Positions 25,846-34,992 of a stretch of DNA of 44,321 bases are shown one piece after another. The position numbers and the translations under genes were made by a program. The stretch is from a virus: the UHGV virus genome UHGV-0387474. The stretch is one strand, 5' to 3'. The notes under the pieces are model-generated. The model did no database searches. It saw only the letters and a program-made list of their open reading frames with translations, and was not told the origin of the DNA. Positions within the stretch are counted from its first letter, which is position 1. Each line of letters begins with the position of its first letter.

Positions 25846-26525
25846 CCACAGTTAGAGGCATATGGATATGGCGCTGGAACCGTATAAGCCGGTACAGGCT
25901 GCGGCTGACGAAGCTGTGCAACGATTGAGTTACCAACTGCATCAATAAATCCGTTCTGGGCAGTCTGGCTTGCCTGGAATCTAAGGGTTTGATTCTCCGC
26001 CTGTAAGGTAGAAATCTTATCCTGAGTTAAGAAGTCAAGAATAGCTCTTGTATTGCTGTTGTTGTTGTCCAGAATATCCCTAGTTGCGGTCTGAATGGTG
26101 TTTCTGGTATCGCATGACTGTGTAGCCAGGTTATAATTTACACCATCAATTGCGCGCTGTGTCTGGCAGCAGCAATCCTGGAGCTGATATCCCATCTGGC
26201 ATAAGCTGCGGTCAACACCGTTGAATCCGCTGGTGATAGTGTTGTTCAGCGCGTATGTGCTGTCACAGATACCCTGTTGGATACCCCTAATTCCGTTTTC
26301 TATACCGTTCAAAGCAAAACCCTCATTGATATCTGCTCTGGTAGCAAGACCCTGGAGTCCCGCGCCATTTGCACCGTTGCCGCCGAAGCCATTGCCCCAG
26401 CCTCCCCCGGCGAACAGGAAGAGAACGATAATCCAAATCCAATCTCCCCACATACCGTCACCATTTCTGTTATTTCCGTTTCCTGTAGCGGCTGCAATGT
26501 CCGCTAAAGAGTAACCACTTTCCAT
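25815..26525 (-). CDS. Membrane-anchored Gly/Asn-rich, Cys-rich protein (236 aa) ending NCGCGCNTGCGC
   Basis: TM helix WIWIIVLFLFAGGGW, GNGFGGNGANGAG, QDCCCQTQ, C-terminal Cys cluster. Confidence 0.5.
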   Translation of the reverse strand: MESGYSLADIAAATGNGNNRNGDGMWGDWIWIIVLFLFAGGGWGNGFGGNGANGAGLQGLATRADINEGFALNGIENGIRGIQQGICDSTYALNNTITSGFNGVDRSLCQMGYQLQDCCCQTQRAIDGVNYNLATQSCDTRNTIQTATRDILDNNNSNTRAILDFLTQDKISTLQAENQTLRFQASQTAQNGFIDAVGNSIVAQLRQPQPVPAYTVPAPYPYASNCGCGCNTGCGC

Positions 26526-26578
26526 AAATATTTACTCCTTTAAATTTATTTACAAAATCATGCGCATTGATTTATGTA

Positions 26579-26827
26579 CTATTTTTTCATGCCTCCAAGC
26601 ATCTGCTGAAACTGCTGGGCCATCTGCTGGGCTTGGTCTAACTGTTGCTGAGTTATCTGACCAGACTGGAGCATCTTCTGCACTTCTTCCTGAGGATTCC
26701 CTTTGAAGTTGTTCTTAAATTCCATAAACTTCTGAATCATCTGCATTGGGTTATTTCCCCCACTCATTCCAGGCATCATGCCACCCATTGGTGAACCGCC
26801 GCCCAACATGCTAAATAATGGATTCAT
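26579..26827 (-). CDS. Met/Gly/Gln-rich low-complexity protein (82 aa)
   Basis: MNPLFSMLGGGSPMGGMMPGMSGGNNPMQ...QQQLDQAQQMAQQFQQMLGGMKK. Confidence 0.5.
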   Translation of the reverse strand: MNPLFSMLGGGSPMGGMMPGMSGGNNPMQMIQKFMEFKNNFKGNPQEEVQKMLQSGQITQQQLDQAQQMAQQFQQMLGGMKK

Positions 26828-26830
26828 ATA

Positions 26831-27301
26831 TTATTTCCCCTTTCCACTTGGAGCTGTGCTGGATTCTAAAAGGCCGTACAATTCATCATATTTTGCCTTT
26901 AAATCCTGATACTCGTTTCTGGTAACATACTTTTCATCCAGATTTTCAGCCGGTACAGATTCTTTTTTCTGACCATTGACAATCTCTTTATATTCAAAAG
27001 TGCGAAGCGTTGGCATTCCTGCCGCATCGGTTGTCTTAATATAAAAATACTCATTTTCGCTATCCATCAGCAATATAGATGTGCTGGGCGCTACTAAATA
27101 TGACTTTGCCCCGGCCTCTCCCTGTACCCATAAGATACCCTGATTCGTCTGAGGAACCTGCGGAACTTGCGTCTGCTGTTGCATCTGATATGGTGCCTGT
27201 AGCTGCTGCAATCGGTCCATAGGTGGTTGCATCTGCGGCTGATATGGGTATGCATTTGGATATGTATTCAAATAGTTTGGATTGATAAATGGTTGCGGCA
27301 T
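26831..27301 (-). CDS. Protein with Q/P/Y-rich N-terminus and small beta C-domain (156 aa)
   Basis: MPQPFINPNYLNTYPNAYPYQPQMQPP...; GerQ-like architecture by eye only. Confidence 0.45.
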   Translation of the reverse strand: MPQPFINPNYLNTYPNAYPYQPQMQPPMDRLQQLQAPYQMQQQTQVPQVPQTNQGILWVQGEAGAKSYLVAPSTSILLMDSENEYFYIKTTDAAGMPTLRTFEYKEIVNGQKKESVPAENLDEKYVTRNEYQDLKAKYDELYGLLESSTAPSGKGK

Positions 27302-27393
27302 TATATCCCCTCCGTTCTTTTATAATCCAATTATCCCATAAAAAATAAGCCTCTGACAGTTCGTCAAAGACTTATAAAAGTATCATGCAAGTA

Positions 27394-27594
27394 TCAGCAT
27401 ACTCTAATTATTTTATTGTTGACTTTTCGGCTCAATCTCTTGGCTGTGGATACACTTACATTCATTAGTTCAGCGCAATATTCCAAAGTATAATTTTTAG
27501 CCCGGTACTCAAACAGCGCCCGTTCTTCATCCGTAAAGTTACAATATGTACGAAAATAATTTAGTTCTGGCACTGTAAAGTCATATACCTTCAA
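27394..27594 (-). CDS. Sigma-70 region 4-like HTH mini-protein (66 aa)
   Basis: FTDEERALFEYRAKNYTLEYCAELMNVSVSTAKRLSRKVNNKI matches sigma r4.2 pattern. Confidence 0.5.
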   Translation of the reverse strand: MKVYDFTVPELNYFRTYCNFTDEERALFEYRAKNYTLEYCAELMNVSVSTAKRLSRKVNNKIIRVC

Positions 27595-27605
27595 AGCAAC
27601 GCTCC

Positions 27606-27899
27606 TTAAATACCCTCTGACAAATGCTTTATCATAGCTTCTTTGGTTTTTTTTAAACCCTCTATGTTGTTACCGGTTATACGATTATCAATTAATGCTA
27701 TCATTCCCTGGCATAAAAGAGATTGCATATCTCTTATTTCTTGGATAGATTTATAATCCTTTTCCACATTTATTTCTAATTTATCCACTCTGTTTTTTAG
27801 CTTAAATGCCGGGTGAAACAATTTATATATTACGGTTCCTGCGCCTCCAAGAGTAATAAGCCAACCACATACAACCATAATAGAGTTTAATGTTTCCAT
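27606..27899 (-). CDS. BhlA/UviB-like holin-type protein (N-terminal TM + coiled coil, 97 aa)
   Basis: METLNSIMVVCGWLITLGGAGTVIYKLF then charged helical tail. Confidence 0.5.
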   Translation of the reverse strand: METLNSIMVVCGWLITLGGAGTVIYKLFHPAFKLKNRVDKLEINVEKDYKSIQEIRDMQSLLCQGMIALIDNRITGNNIEGLKKTKEAMIKHLSEGI

Positions 27900-27902
27900 A
27901 AG

Positions 27903-28286
27903 TTATCGCCTTTCCCAGTAGTATATTGGTATTTCTTGACCGCTGTCCCATGTGTCCCAGTAAAATCCATCCACAACCGTTACTACATGACCATCAAGCC
28001 CAAGAACAAATACTCCGTTTTGGTGGTCTGCCGAAAATTCTTCCACGGTATAATCTTCTGGATATTCGTCTGGTATAATGTTTCTCCGAAACCCGTTGCG
28101 CCTGAGATATGTCCCCCACACGCTGTTAGCTGACGGCATATCTGATTTCTCGCACGCCACCACCATAACACCAGCAAAGACGGTTTCCCAATCCTGTCCG
28201 GTTGCTTTGCAGATTGCACGTATGGCACAGTCGCCTACACGCTGATTACGGACTGGGTTAGGGTTATATGGTTTCCATCTATTCAA
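27903..28286 (-). CDS. Papain-superfamily cysteine peptidase-like protein (C39/CHAP/NlpC-P60-like), 127 aa
   Basis: NQRVGDCAIRAIC (Gln-x5-Cys) ... GLDGHVVTVVDGFYWD (His, Asp) in the canonical order and spacing. Confidence 0.45.
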   Translation of the reverse strand: MNRWKPYNPNPVRNQRVGDCAIRAICKATGQDWETVFAGVMVVACEKSDMPSANSVWGTYLRRNGFRRNIIPDEYPEDYTVEEFSADHQNGVFVLGLDGHVVTVVDGFYWDTWDSGQEIPIYYWERR

Positions 28287-29506
28287 ATTAATTCCCCTTT
28301 CGCATTTTGATACCGCCTTGCCGCCCCTCTGGCCTTTGCGGCCTGTTCACGGCTCCAGCGGGCAATCTGTAACCGTTCCTGCTGGGTGCGTAAGTCATTC
28401 GCTTTGCAAAATTCGTTGTATGCTTTATTCTTCCGCTGTAACAGATACGACTTTCGGTCAAGGTCAAGCTGCATTTCAAATTTAACTGATTCGTCCTTGC
28501 ATTTATCCACGGCCTCTTGCATCCCAATGACTTCGCGTTTGGTCTTTCTGATGCGCCGTTCAAGCGTTCTCTGTCGCTTCTCCAGCTGCTCAACCTTGTA
28601 ATTGTCTGCGGTTTGGATGTCTTTGTATGGATTGTTTACCCCATCACCGCTACCGAATGAGTGACGGCAGTTCCATCCACATAACCCTTCACCTGTTCCG
28701 TATCCAGTATGGGAAAATGGAGGAAAGCTCTTATCCTTTCCAGTCCTGCTGTAAAACTGCCCTTGCCACCATAAATGATTGCCCGGATTCTGTACCCCAT
28801 CCCCGGTTCTGGCCCCGATGTGCGCCGACACCAGTATGATATCCCAGTCCATTTCTTCCATACGCTTAATAGAGATATCGCCTGTAGCCTGGGCTACTCC
28901 AGTACGTACTGCACGCGCCGTAGCAGTTTCTATGGTGTCTTTATGGCCCGAAGGATAGTGTACTATCACTCCGCCCGATACCACATTATTAACTGCCTCT
29001 TTGACAGCCTGTGTGTACGATACAGCCCCAGAAGATACAAGGTGGTATGCATTATCACATTCGTTTATAAAAAGCCTTTGTGCAGCTTCTGCTGTGGTCC
29101 TAGTATAGTTTTCCCACTCTCCCATTGTTGCATCCATGTTTCGTTCCATCAGTCGGATAAGCTGCGGAGATTGAGTAAGAGGAATTGGAGATAAACCAGC
29201 AGCTTCATATATTTTATGGTCATATTCCAGGGCCTTGATTCCAGCTTCTTCCATTGCGGCCTTGATTTCTTTTTCCTGTCGATTAGTGATTTTGGATAAC
29301 TCTGCCGTTATGTCCTTCAGCAGATATCCTGCATCCCGCAATATCTGTATTCGCCATCGGTCAGAGGAGGTGAGCAGGTAATCATCGCCGCGGCCTATAC
29401 GTATCATCATGCGGTCTATTATCTGACGGATAATGTATGTGTGAAGCTGTGAGGCTATTTCTTCGCTTCCTTCTGCGATTCTTGCAAGGTAATCAGGGCT
29501 TAACAT
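28283..29506 (-). CDS. Minor head protein, MuF/SPP1 gp7 family
   Basis: 407 aa directly after portal; GWNCRHS motif region; basic coiled-coil C-terminus. Confidence 0.7.
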   Translation of the reverse strand: MLSPDYLARIAEGSEEIASQLHTYIIRQIIDRMMIRIGRGDDYLLTSSDRWRIQILRDAGYLLKDITAELSKITNRQEKEIKAAMEEAGIKALEYDHKIYEAAGLSPIPLTQSPQLIRLMERNMDATMGEWENYTRTTAEAAQRLFINECDNAYHLVSSGAVSYTQAVKEAVNNVVSGGVIVHYPSGHKDTIETATARAVRTGVAQATGDISIKRMEEMDWDIILVSAHIGARTGDGVQNPGNHLWWQGQFYSRTGKDKSFPPFSHTGYGTGEGLCGWNCRHSFGSGDGVNNPYKDIQTADNYKVEQLEKRQRTLERRIRKTKREVIGMQEAVDKCKDESVKFEMQLDLDRKSYLLQRKNKAYNEFCKANDLRTQQERLQIARWSREQAAKARGAARRYQNAKGELI

Positions 29507-29612
29507 TTACTCTTCCTTCTTTCCCTTATGTCTAATCGACCATTCAAATACTTTCGGGGCAAATGGACCAAGTGGTATATTGAATACTATCCAAATTAAT
29601 AAGTTTCTCAAT

Positions 29613-31040
29613 TTATTCCTCCTCAAACATCCTCGGCCCATCCTTCGGTTGTGCTTCCTGTACCATAGCCTTTGCATCTTCCTCGGATAACCCTTCAAAC
29701 TTCTGGAAATACATCCAGGGTGGTACCTTCCCCTGCACAACATACTGCCACCATCTTGCTCTGTCCTCTTCACGATTGTATGTAATGTCCCCAAAATCAT
29801 ATGTGATTTCGTAGTTGCCGGCGGGTGCCAGTCCGTACAGGTCAGCATATACATTGAGCGCATATATTGCGCCATCAAGGCAACTTTCCAGTTTGTCGCG
29901 CACATCCTTAATTAACTGGATAGTGCGGCGGTCATCAGCTTCTACCTGTGTTGCTGTGACCATACCTGTTTTTTCGTCAAGTACAAAGTACCCGTTGGAG
30001 TATCCGCACTTGAATCCAATAAATGAAAGAAGATTATTAATTCCAGTAAGTCTTATATCAGTATTTAACGATGGATTAATCTCATGGTAAAATTCTCCAT
30101 TACTATTTCCAAATACATTTCTTACATAATGGGGTAATTTAACTTTATTTACTCCTGGGCGTTTTAAATTTCTTCCATCACCAAGCATTAATTGGTCATC
30201 AATTAATATAATTTTCTCACTGTCAAATATTTCACCCACATTCCGACTATATGCCACATCAAGGTCCTTTAATTCTTCTATGGCCTCGGCAAACATTGGC
30301 AATCCCAAAGGTGATGAGATATCCAAATTGTTAGCCTGTGGAGTGCGGAGTACACCAAACATGGGGCCGTCTATTTTATCATTGTTAGCCTTGAGTATAG
30401 GCGGTGTATCTGGAAGTAAGTCAGACCACTTAGTCCTGTTTAATGCTATCGGGTCCCCCACACTTTTTGCAGACTGAGACACATAAGCTCTATTGGATAT
30501 GTAATATGGGTAATAGGTGTTTTCCCCCTCCTTGACCTCGACAAACCGATGATACTCAAACCGGGTATAATACTTATCATTTTCGCTGTAGCTATCCTTG
30601 AATACAATCCCATAGATACCTTCATTGTCACAATCCGTAATAATAAAGTCCATCGGTGTGAATATGTCCAGTCCCTTTCCATTGGGCTTAAGGATGATTG
30701 TGCCGTAGGCCATACCATACTCTACCCAGTGGCGAATCTGGAAATATATCTTGTCAATCTGCTCCTGGATCCACGCCGCCCGCGCACTCCCATCAATCTG
30801 TATTCCGATTGCCAGGGTAGCAAGTCGGGCCGTCTCTGAGCATATGGCCTTTGCAAAATTGATTGTCTTAACGTTATCGTCAGCATTCACCCAATAGGGA
30901 GTACCCCGGTAGATATTGGCGCACTCTGTAATCTTGCTTTCCATCTCCGGGGATACCACCGATTCAACATTGAAATCTTCTTCTGCCTGTCGCTTGAATA
31001 TCATTCCTATCACCTTTTTAGCCCATGTTATTAGTCCCAT
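29613..31040 (-). CDS. Portal protein
   Basis: 475 aa immediately after terminase large subunit. Confidence 0.8.
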   Translation of the reverse strand: MGLITWAKKVIGMIFKRQAEEDFNVESVVSPEMESKITECANIYRGTPYWVNADDNVKTINFAKAICSETARLATLAIGIQIDGSARAAWIQEQIDKIYFQIRHWVEYGMAYGTIILKPNGKGLDIFTPMDFIITDCDNEGIYGIVFKDSYSENDKYYTRFEYHRFVEVKEGENTYYPYYISNRAYVSQSAKSVGDPIALNRTKWSDLLPDTPPILKANNDKIDGPMFGVLRTPQANNLDISSPLGLPMFAEAIEELKDLDVAYSRNVGEIFDSEKIILIDDQLMLGDGRNLKRPGVNKVKLPHYVRNVFGNSNGEFYHEINPSLNTDIRLTGINNLLSFIGFKCGYSNGYFVLDEKTGMVTATQVEADDRRTIQLIKDVRDKLESCLDGAIYALNVYADLYGLAPAGNYEITYDFGDITYNREEDRARWWQYVVQGKVPPWMYFQKFEGLSEEDAKAMVQEAQPKDGPRMFEEE

Positions 31041-31049
31041 TTAGTCACC

Positions 31050-31259
31050 TTATGCCAAGAAATACCCATTTTCCTTTGCCGTATTCCATTCTGTTTCCCT
31101 AAATACCAATTCCGTTCTGTCTTTCTGTCCATAACAATCATACTCCAGAAAAACTTTCAGTAGTTTTTCCTTAGATGGTTTTCCGAACTTTTTTTCATAT
31201 TCATCTGTGATATCTTCAATTTTATAGACAGACAAAATAAAATGTTCTAATACATTCAT
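31050..31259 (-). CDS. Hypothetical protein (69 aa) between terminase and portal
   Basis: ORF with tight spacing. Confidence 0.4.
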   Translation of the reverse strand: MNVLEHFILSVYKIEDITDEYEKKFGKPSKEKLLKVFLEYDCYGQKDRTELVFRETEWNTAKENGYFLA

Positions 31260-32518
31260 TATGCGCTGTTCCCCCTTCTCATGGATAATGGGCTTGTGGC
31301 ATAGCGGAGTGCATCTATCCAGTGGTCATTTCCATCTGGGTAATCCGATATCACCTCACCGTTGCTGTCAACCTCATGCTCATATTCTATGATTTCTTTG
31401 TATGCCTGCGGTGTGCGTGCCGGGTCTATAACGATTGTACGGCACTGCAACCACTCAAAGGTGTATTTCCTGCTTCCTGGTGTTACAATGGCTCTGCGTG
31501 CCGGTAAACCAGCGTCACGGAAGTCTATAATGCTTTCTTCTTCATCCACACCACAATAGATTGTATAATCATCGTACCCAGCCGCCCGTATATCCTCTGC
31601 CATCTTACTATTACGGATTTTACAGCCGCCCATTTCATCAAGCAACACAACCAATTCTTTGTTTGGTATGTAAGCGGCCCGGATAAATGCTTTGGGGTCC
31701 GGGAACCAGCCCCAGTCTTGCCCCTGATATATGCTTTGGTATTTCTGGATTTCCTCGTCTGTGATTGTCCGTACATCCAGCATATCAAATATATTTGTAC
31801 CAAGTCCAACCGGCAAGCCTAAATACTCATGATTATATGCCCGCTCATTGGTGGCTTTAAGATGTTCTGCGCGTTCAATAAACATTTCTCCCATCCATTC
31901 AACCGGTACAGAACGGTAATCGCTTTTATGCCTATACGCGCTATCGTCTGGAGTATTTACATACTGATTAGCCCAGTTGCTTTGGCTGATGGGTGGGTTG
32001 AAGGATTTAAATACAACAAACTTGCTTCCACCACGCAACACTGACTGTTCAACAGTCCGTATTTCCTCCGGTCCTGCAAATTCATCCAATTCCTCAAACC
32101 ACAAATATTTGAAGTATCCCTTACTAGCTTTAATTGACTTTGTTTTCTTGGCTTTATCAAGTCCACGGAATATTATCTTTTGCCCTGTCGACTTATAAAC
32201 GAATCTGTATGGGCTTGTACGGGATTCCCACAAATCCGTAACGCCTAGCGCGTCTATGGCCCACTGTATCTGTTCAAATACTGATTCTCCGATTGTCACC
32301 GCATATTTACGAAACACTACCGCATTGGCCTCTGGGTCATCCATCATACCCAGTACAATCTCCACAGATATGAAAGAGGACTTCGTGGAACCTCGTCCGC
32401 CGTACAGGTCATAATATGTATGTTTACCTTCTAGGATATCCCAGTGAACATCGTAGAAAGAAGGGGCGATTACATCAGTCAGATTTATTGTTGTCTGGTC
32501 TTGGTATGTTGTTGACAA
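31259..32518 (-). CDS. terL: Terminase large subunit (PBSX/Terminase_3 type)
   Basis: Walker A YGGRGSTKS, 419 aa, overlaps TerS. Confidence 0.85.
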   Translation of the reverse strand: MSTTYQDQTTINLTDVIAPSFYDVHWDILEGKHTYYDLYGGRGSTKSSFISVEIVLGMMDDPEANAVVFRKYAVTIGESVFEQIQWAIDALGVTDLWESRTSPYRFVYKSTGQKIIFRGLDKAKKTKSIKASKGYFKYLWFEELDEFAGPEEIRTVEQSVLRGGSKFVVFKSFNPPISQSNWANQYVNTPDDSAYRHKSDYRSVPVEWMGEMFIERAEHLKATNERAYNHEYLGLPVGLGTNIFDMLDVRTITDEEIQKYQSIYQGQDWGWFPDPKAFIRAAYIPNKELVVLLDEMGGCKIRNSKMAEDIRAAGYDDYTIYCGVDEEESIIDFRDAGLPARRAIVTPGSRKYTFEWLQCRTIVIDPARTPQAYKEIIEYEHEVDSNGEVISDYPDGNDHWIDALRYATSPLSMRRGNSA

Positions 32519-32873
32519 TAGTAATCCCGCCTCCCTCCTGCTTCTTATCTGTATCTATCTTGCGCTTTGCCAGCTCCACCGCCGCTTTGGTCCTCTCTGC
32601 CAAAGGAGCGTCAAGACCGAATTGGTCTTTTACTTCTCCGCGCATAACCGATGTAAGATATTGCAGTATTTCAGCGGCATCAGCTATGCGGCAATCATCA
32701 ATCTGTTTCTGTCGCTCGGAGATATATGCAGAAACCGTAGGCTTCCGTAAGTTTTCACGCCCTATTGCGTCTGCTGTCCGTAAGCTATAACCAGCCTTTC
32801 TCGCAGCTTCTGCCGCATTTCCGCATTCTATGTAATAATCCGCAAACGCTTTCTGTTTCGGTGTAAGTTCCAC
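32475..32873 (-). CDS. terS: Terminase small subunit (Terminase_2)
   Basis: MELTPKQKAFADYYIECGNAAEAARKAGYS... Confidence 0.8.
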   Translation of the reverse strand: MELTPKQKAFADYYIECGNAAEAARKAGYSLRTADAIGRENLRKPTVSAYISERQKQIDDCRIADAAEILQYLTSVMRGEVKDQFGLDAPLAERTKAAVELAKRKIDTDKKQEGGGITIVNNIPRPDNNKSD

Positions 32874-33095
32874 TTAACCACCATCCTTATCATACCTTCT
32901 GTTCCATGCATGTATAGCTTTTTTCCAACGGCAATAAAACGCTTGTATATTAAATGCTATACATCCCGGATTGCTACAGTGTATGCCTTTCAATTCGCCA
33001 TTTCTTATTTTTTCTGGACTCTCGCCGCAAAACGGACAAGGTAACAATTTTATCTTTTCCATCCCTTCACCGCCTCCCATATCTCCTGCAAGCAC
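32874..33095 (-). CDS. lar: Lar-family restriction alleviation zinc-ribbon protein (true start probably at MEKIKLL, 33062)
   Basis: KLLPCPFCGESPE...HCSNPGC...AIHAWNRR. Confidence 0.6.
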   Translation of the reverse strand: MLAGDMGGGEGMEKIKLLPCPFCGESPEKIRNGELKGIHCSNPGCIAFNIQAFYCRWKKAIHAWNRRYDKDGG

Positions 33096-33361
33096 TTCAC
33101 AATCTCAATCCCCGATGCACTCCGCAGTATCTCATAATCCCTGGTTTTCCACTCTCCATGCTTATCCTGCTGTAGCACAGGGGTGCTTAATATCCATATG
33201 GTTATCATGCGCCCCTGTTCCTCGCTATAGAATTGGCTGGTGGATATCTTGATTACAAGTCTGGTCTGCAATATGGCGCGCTGGAGTTTTTTCATAATTG
33301 AACTAAGATTCATCTTTGCTTTCTGCCTCACGGTATTCTTTGCATACTTCCATGTGCGCAA
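33050..33361 (-). CDS. Hypothetical protein (103 aa)
   Basis: ORF. Confidence 0.4.
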   Translation of the reverse strand: MRTWKYAKNTVRQKAKMNLSSIMKKLQRAILQTRLVIKISTSQFYSEEQGRMITIWILSTPVLQQDKHGEWKTRDYEILRSASGIEIVKCLQEIWEAVKGWKR

Positions 33362-33567
33362 ACCAGATAGTTGCAGCCGTAGATTCTACCGCATTATATT
33401 CCAGCATACTTCTGTATGATGTGACTATATTTTCTGCTTTTGCGTCAATGTTAATACAGTTTTCACATCATTCCTTTAATAGATTAATAATCATATTTTT
33501 ACCCCATGTGGTATAATAGTCCTATACTAATTTTACCATGCATAGGGTAATCAAACCGTCCCCACAT

Positions 33568-33873
33568 TTATGCATATCCATTCATCGTTCCTACTTGCAT
33601 CCACTCTTTATCAGAATAATTTCCGTATCGATAAATATATCCACTTAATGGATACTCAGCTATTACTAAAATTAATGATTCTCCATATTTTTCTTTAATT
33701 TGTTCATAAATATCTTGAAGATTCAGTATTTCATCTTCCTCAGTCTTTCTCCATTCCGGAATAAATAAAATATCTTCTGGCATCTCATTTTTGTATGGAG
33801 ATACAATAATTCTTAAACTCGCCCCTCCCATCCTATAGAATTTTATTTCATCTGGATTATCAATTGATTTCAT
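33568..33873 (-). CDS. Hypothetical protein (101 aa)
   Basis: ORF with GGAG RBS. Confidence 0.45.
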   Translation of the reverse strand: MKSIDNPDEIKFYRMGGASLRIIVSPYKNEMPEDILFIPEWRKTEEDEILNLQDIYEQIKEKYGESLILVIAEYPLSGYIYRYGNYSDKEWMQVGTMNGYA

Positions 33874-34008
33874 TTTATCTCCTCCATCTTATCTACTATT
33901 TTTTCAAGCATTGCCATATCTTCATCGGTTAATTTCTCACTGGCTTGTATAACCAATCTTAAGGCATATAAAAATTCTGTTACCCGTATAGTGCTTTTTT
34001 AGTATCAA

Positions 34009-34311
34009 TCATCCTTTCCACCTCCCAAACAATGTCATTAATCTCCTATATTCATCCAGCGTCTTTCTTTGGTACCCATAAAAATCATCCCGTTTAATTG
34101 GTATGTTCTTCCTCTTACTCAGCTTGTCATATCCGATGTTACCTACAAGGCTCTCATATATTTCTACTTCCAGGCCAGGAGCTGAGGATATGGCACACTG
34201 GAACAATGTAAGCTTATCTTCTACGCTGGCTGTTTTACAGTATTCTTTTATACGTTTTGCTTCATCTTTTGTAATTCCATAGTCACTATAATTTTTGTCC
34301 CTGGTTCTCAT
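34009..34311 (-). CDS. Hypothetical protein (100 aa)
   Basis: ORF. Confidence 0.45.
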   Translation of the reverse strand: MRTRDKNYSDYGITKDEAKRIKEYCKTASVEDKLTLFQCAISSAPGLEVEIYESLVGNIGYDKLSKRKNIPIKRDDFYGYQRKTLDEYRRLMTLFGRWKG

Positions 34312-34332
34312 GGCCCTCCTTTCTACTTATTC

Positions 34333-34527
34333 TCATTTTAATTCTTTCAAAGTCGCATCTTTAATATCCTCCGGTTCTGCATACTCACAACAGGTTAATA
34401 TCTTTTCACGGCTAAAATTCAAGTCCTCTGCCGTATCACAGCAAATCGCTCCTCCGATAAGCTCATCACAGTTCATATCAATTACGCATTTACAACCATA
34501 TGCGTATTTGCTTTTACACTTAATCAT
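34333..34527 (-). CDS. Cys-rich small protein (64 aa)
   Basis: Multiple CxC/CC pairs. Confidence 0.4.
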   Translation of the reverse strand: MIKCKSKYAYGCKCVIDMNCDELIGGAICCDTAEDLNFSREKILTCCEYAEPEDIKDATLKELK

Positions 34528-34572
34528 TTTTTTACACCTCCATTAAATGTCTAATATGTCAGTTTTGATGAA

Positions 34573-34773
34573 CTACCGTTCTCCTATTTTTATAGTGATA
34601 TGTAGTGCTTTAAAAATTTTATCCGCACTTTCTACGCTCATACTTTTAGTCCCTTTTTCCCAATAAGCTATAGCTCTCTTAGTTACTCCAGCCATGTCTG
34701 CTAAATTTTGTTGTGACAATCCCTGCTTTTTTCTTTCTTCCTGTAAAATCTTACCTAAATTCATAATTGACAC
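34573..34773 (-). CDS. XRE-family HTH protein (66 aa)
   Basis: LGKILQEERKKQGLSQQNLADMAGVTKRAIAYWEKG. Confidence 0.6.
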   Translation of the reverse strand: MSIMNLGKILQEERKKQGLSQQNLADMAGVTKRAIAYWEKGTKSMSVESADKIFKALHITIKIGER

Positions 34774-34992
34774 CTCTCCTCCCCTCTGTTATACTAGATA
34801 TAGTTGATGAACTAACGTTCTGCGCAACATGAGGAACTATAAAAAATCTAATTTGAAAGGAGTTAAATATGCCTAACAAAAAACAAACATCAAAAAGCGT
34901 CGCTTCTACGGCCTCTAAAATTTTAAAGGATAACAGATATAGTAGTAATTCAAAATCTGTTGCCGGAAGCGCATTATCTCAAACCAAATCAT

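Noticed and set aside
29507-29905. 132-aa ORF overlapping the portal gene 3' end
   Set aside because: It is in a different frame from the portal ORF, and the MuF gene start at 29506 already accounts for the region.
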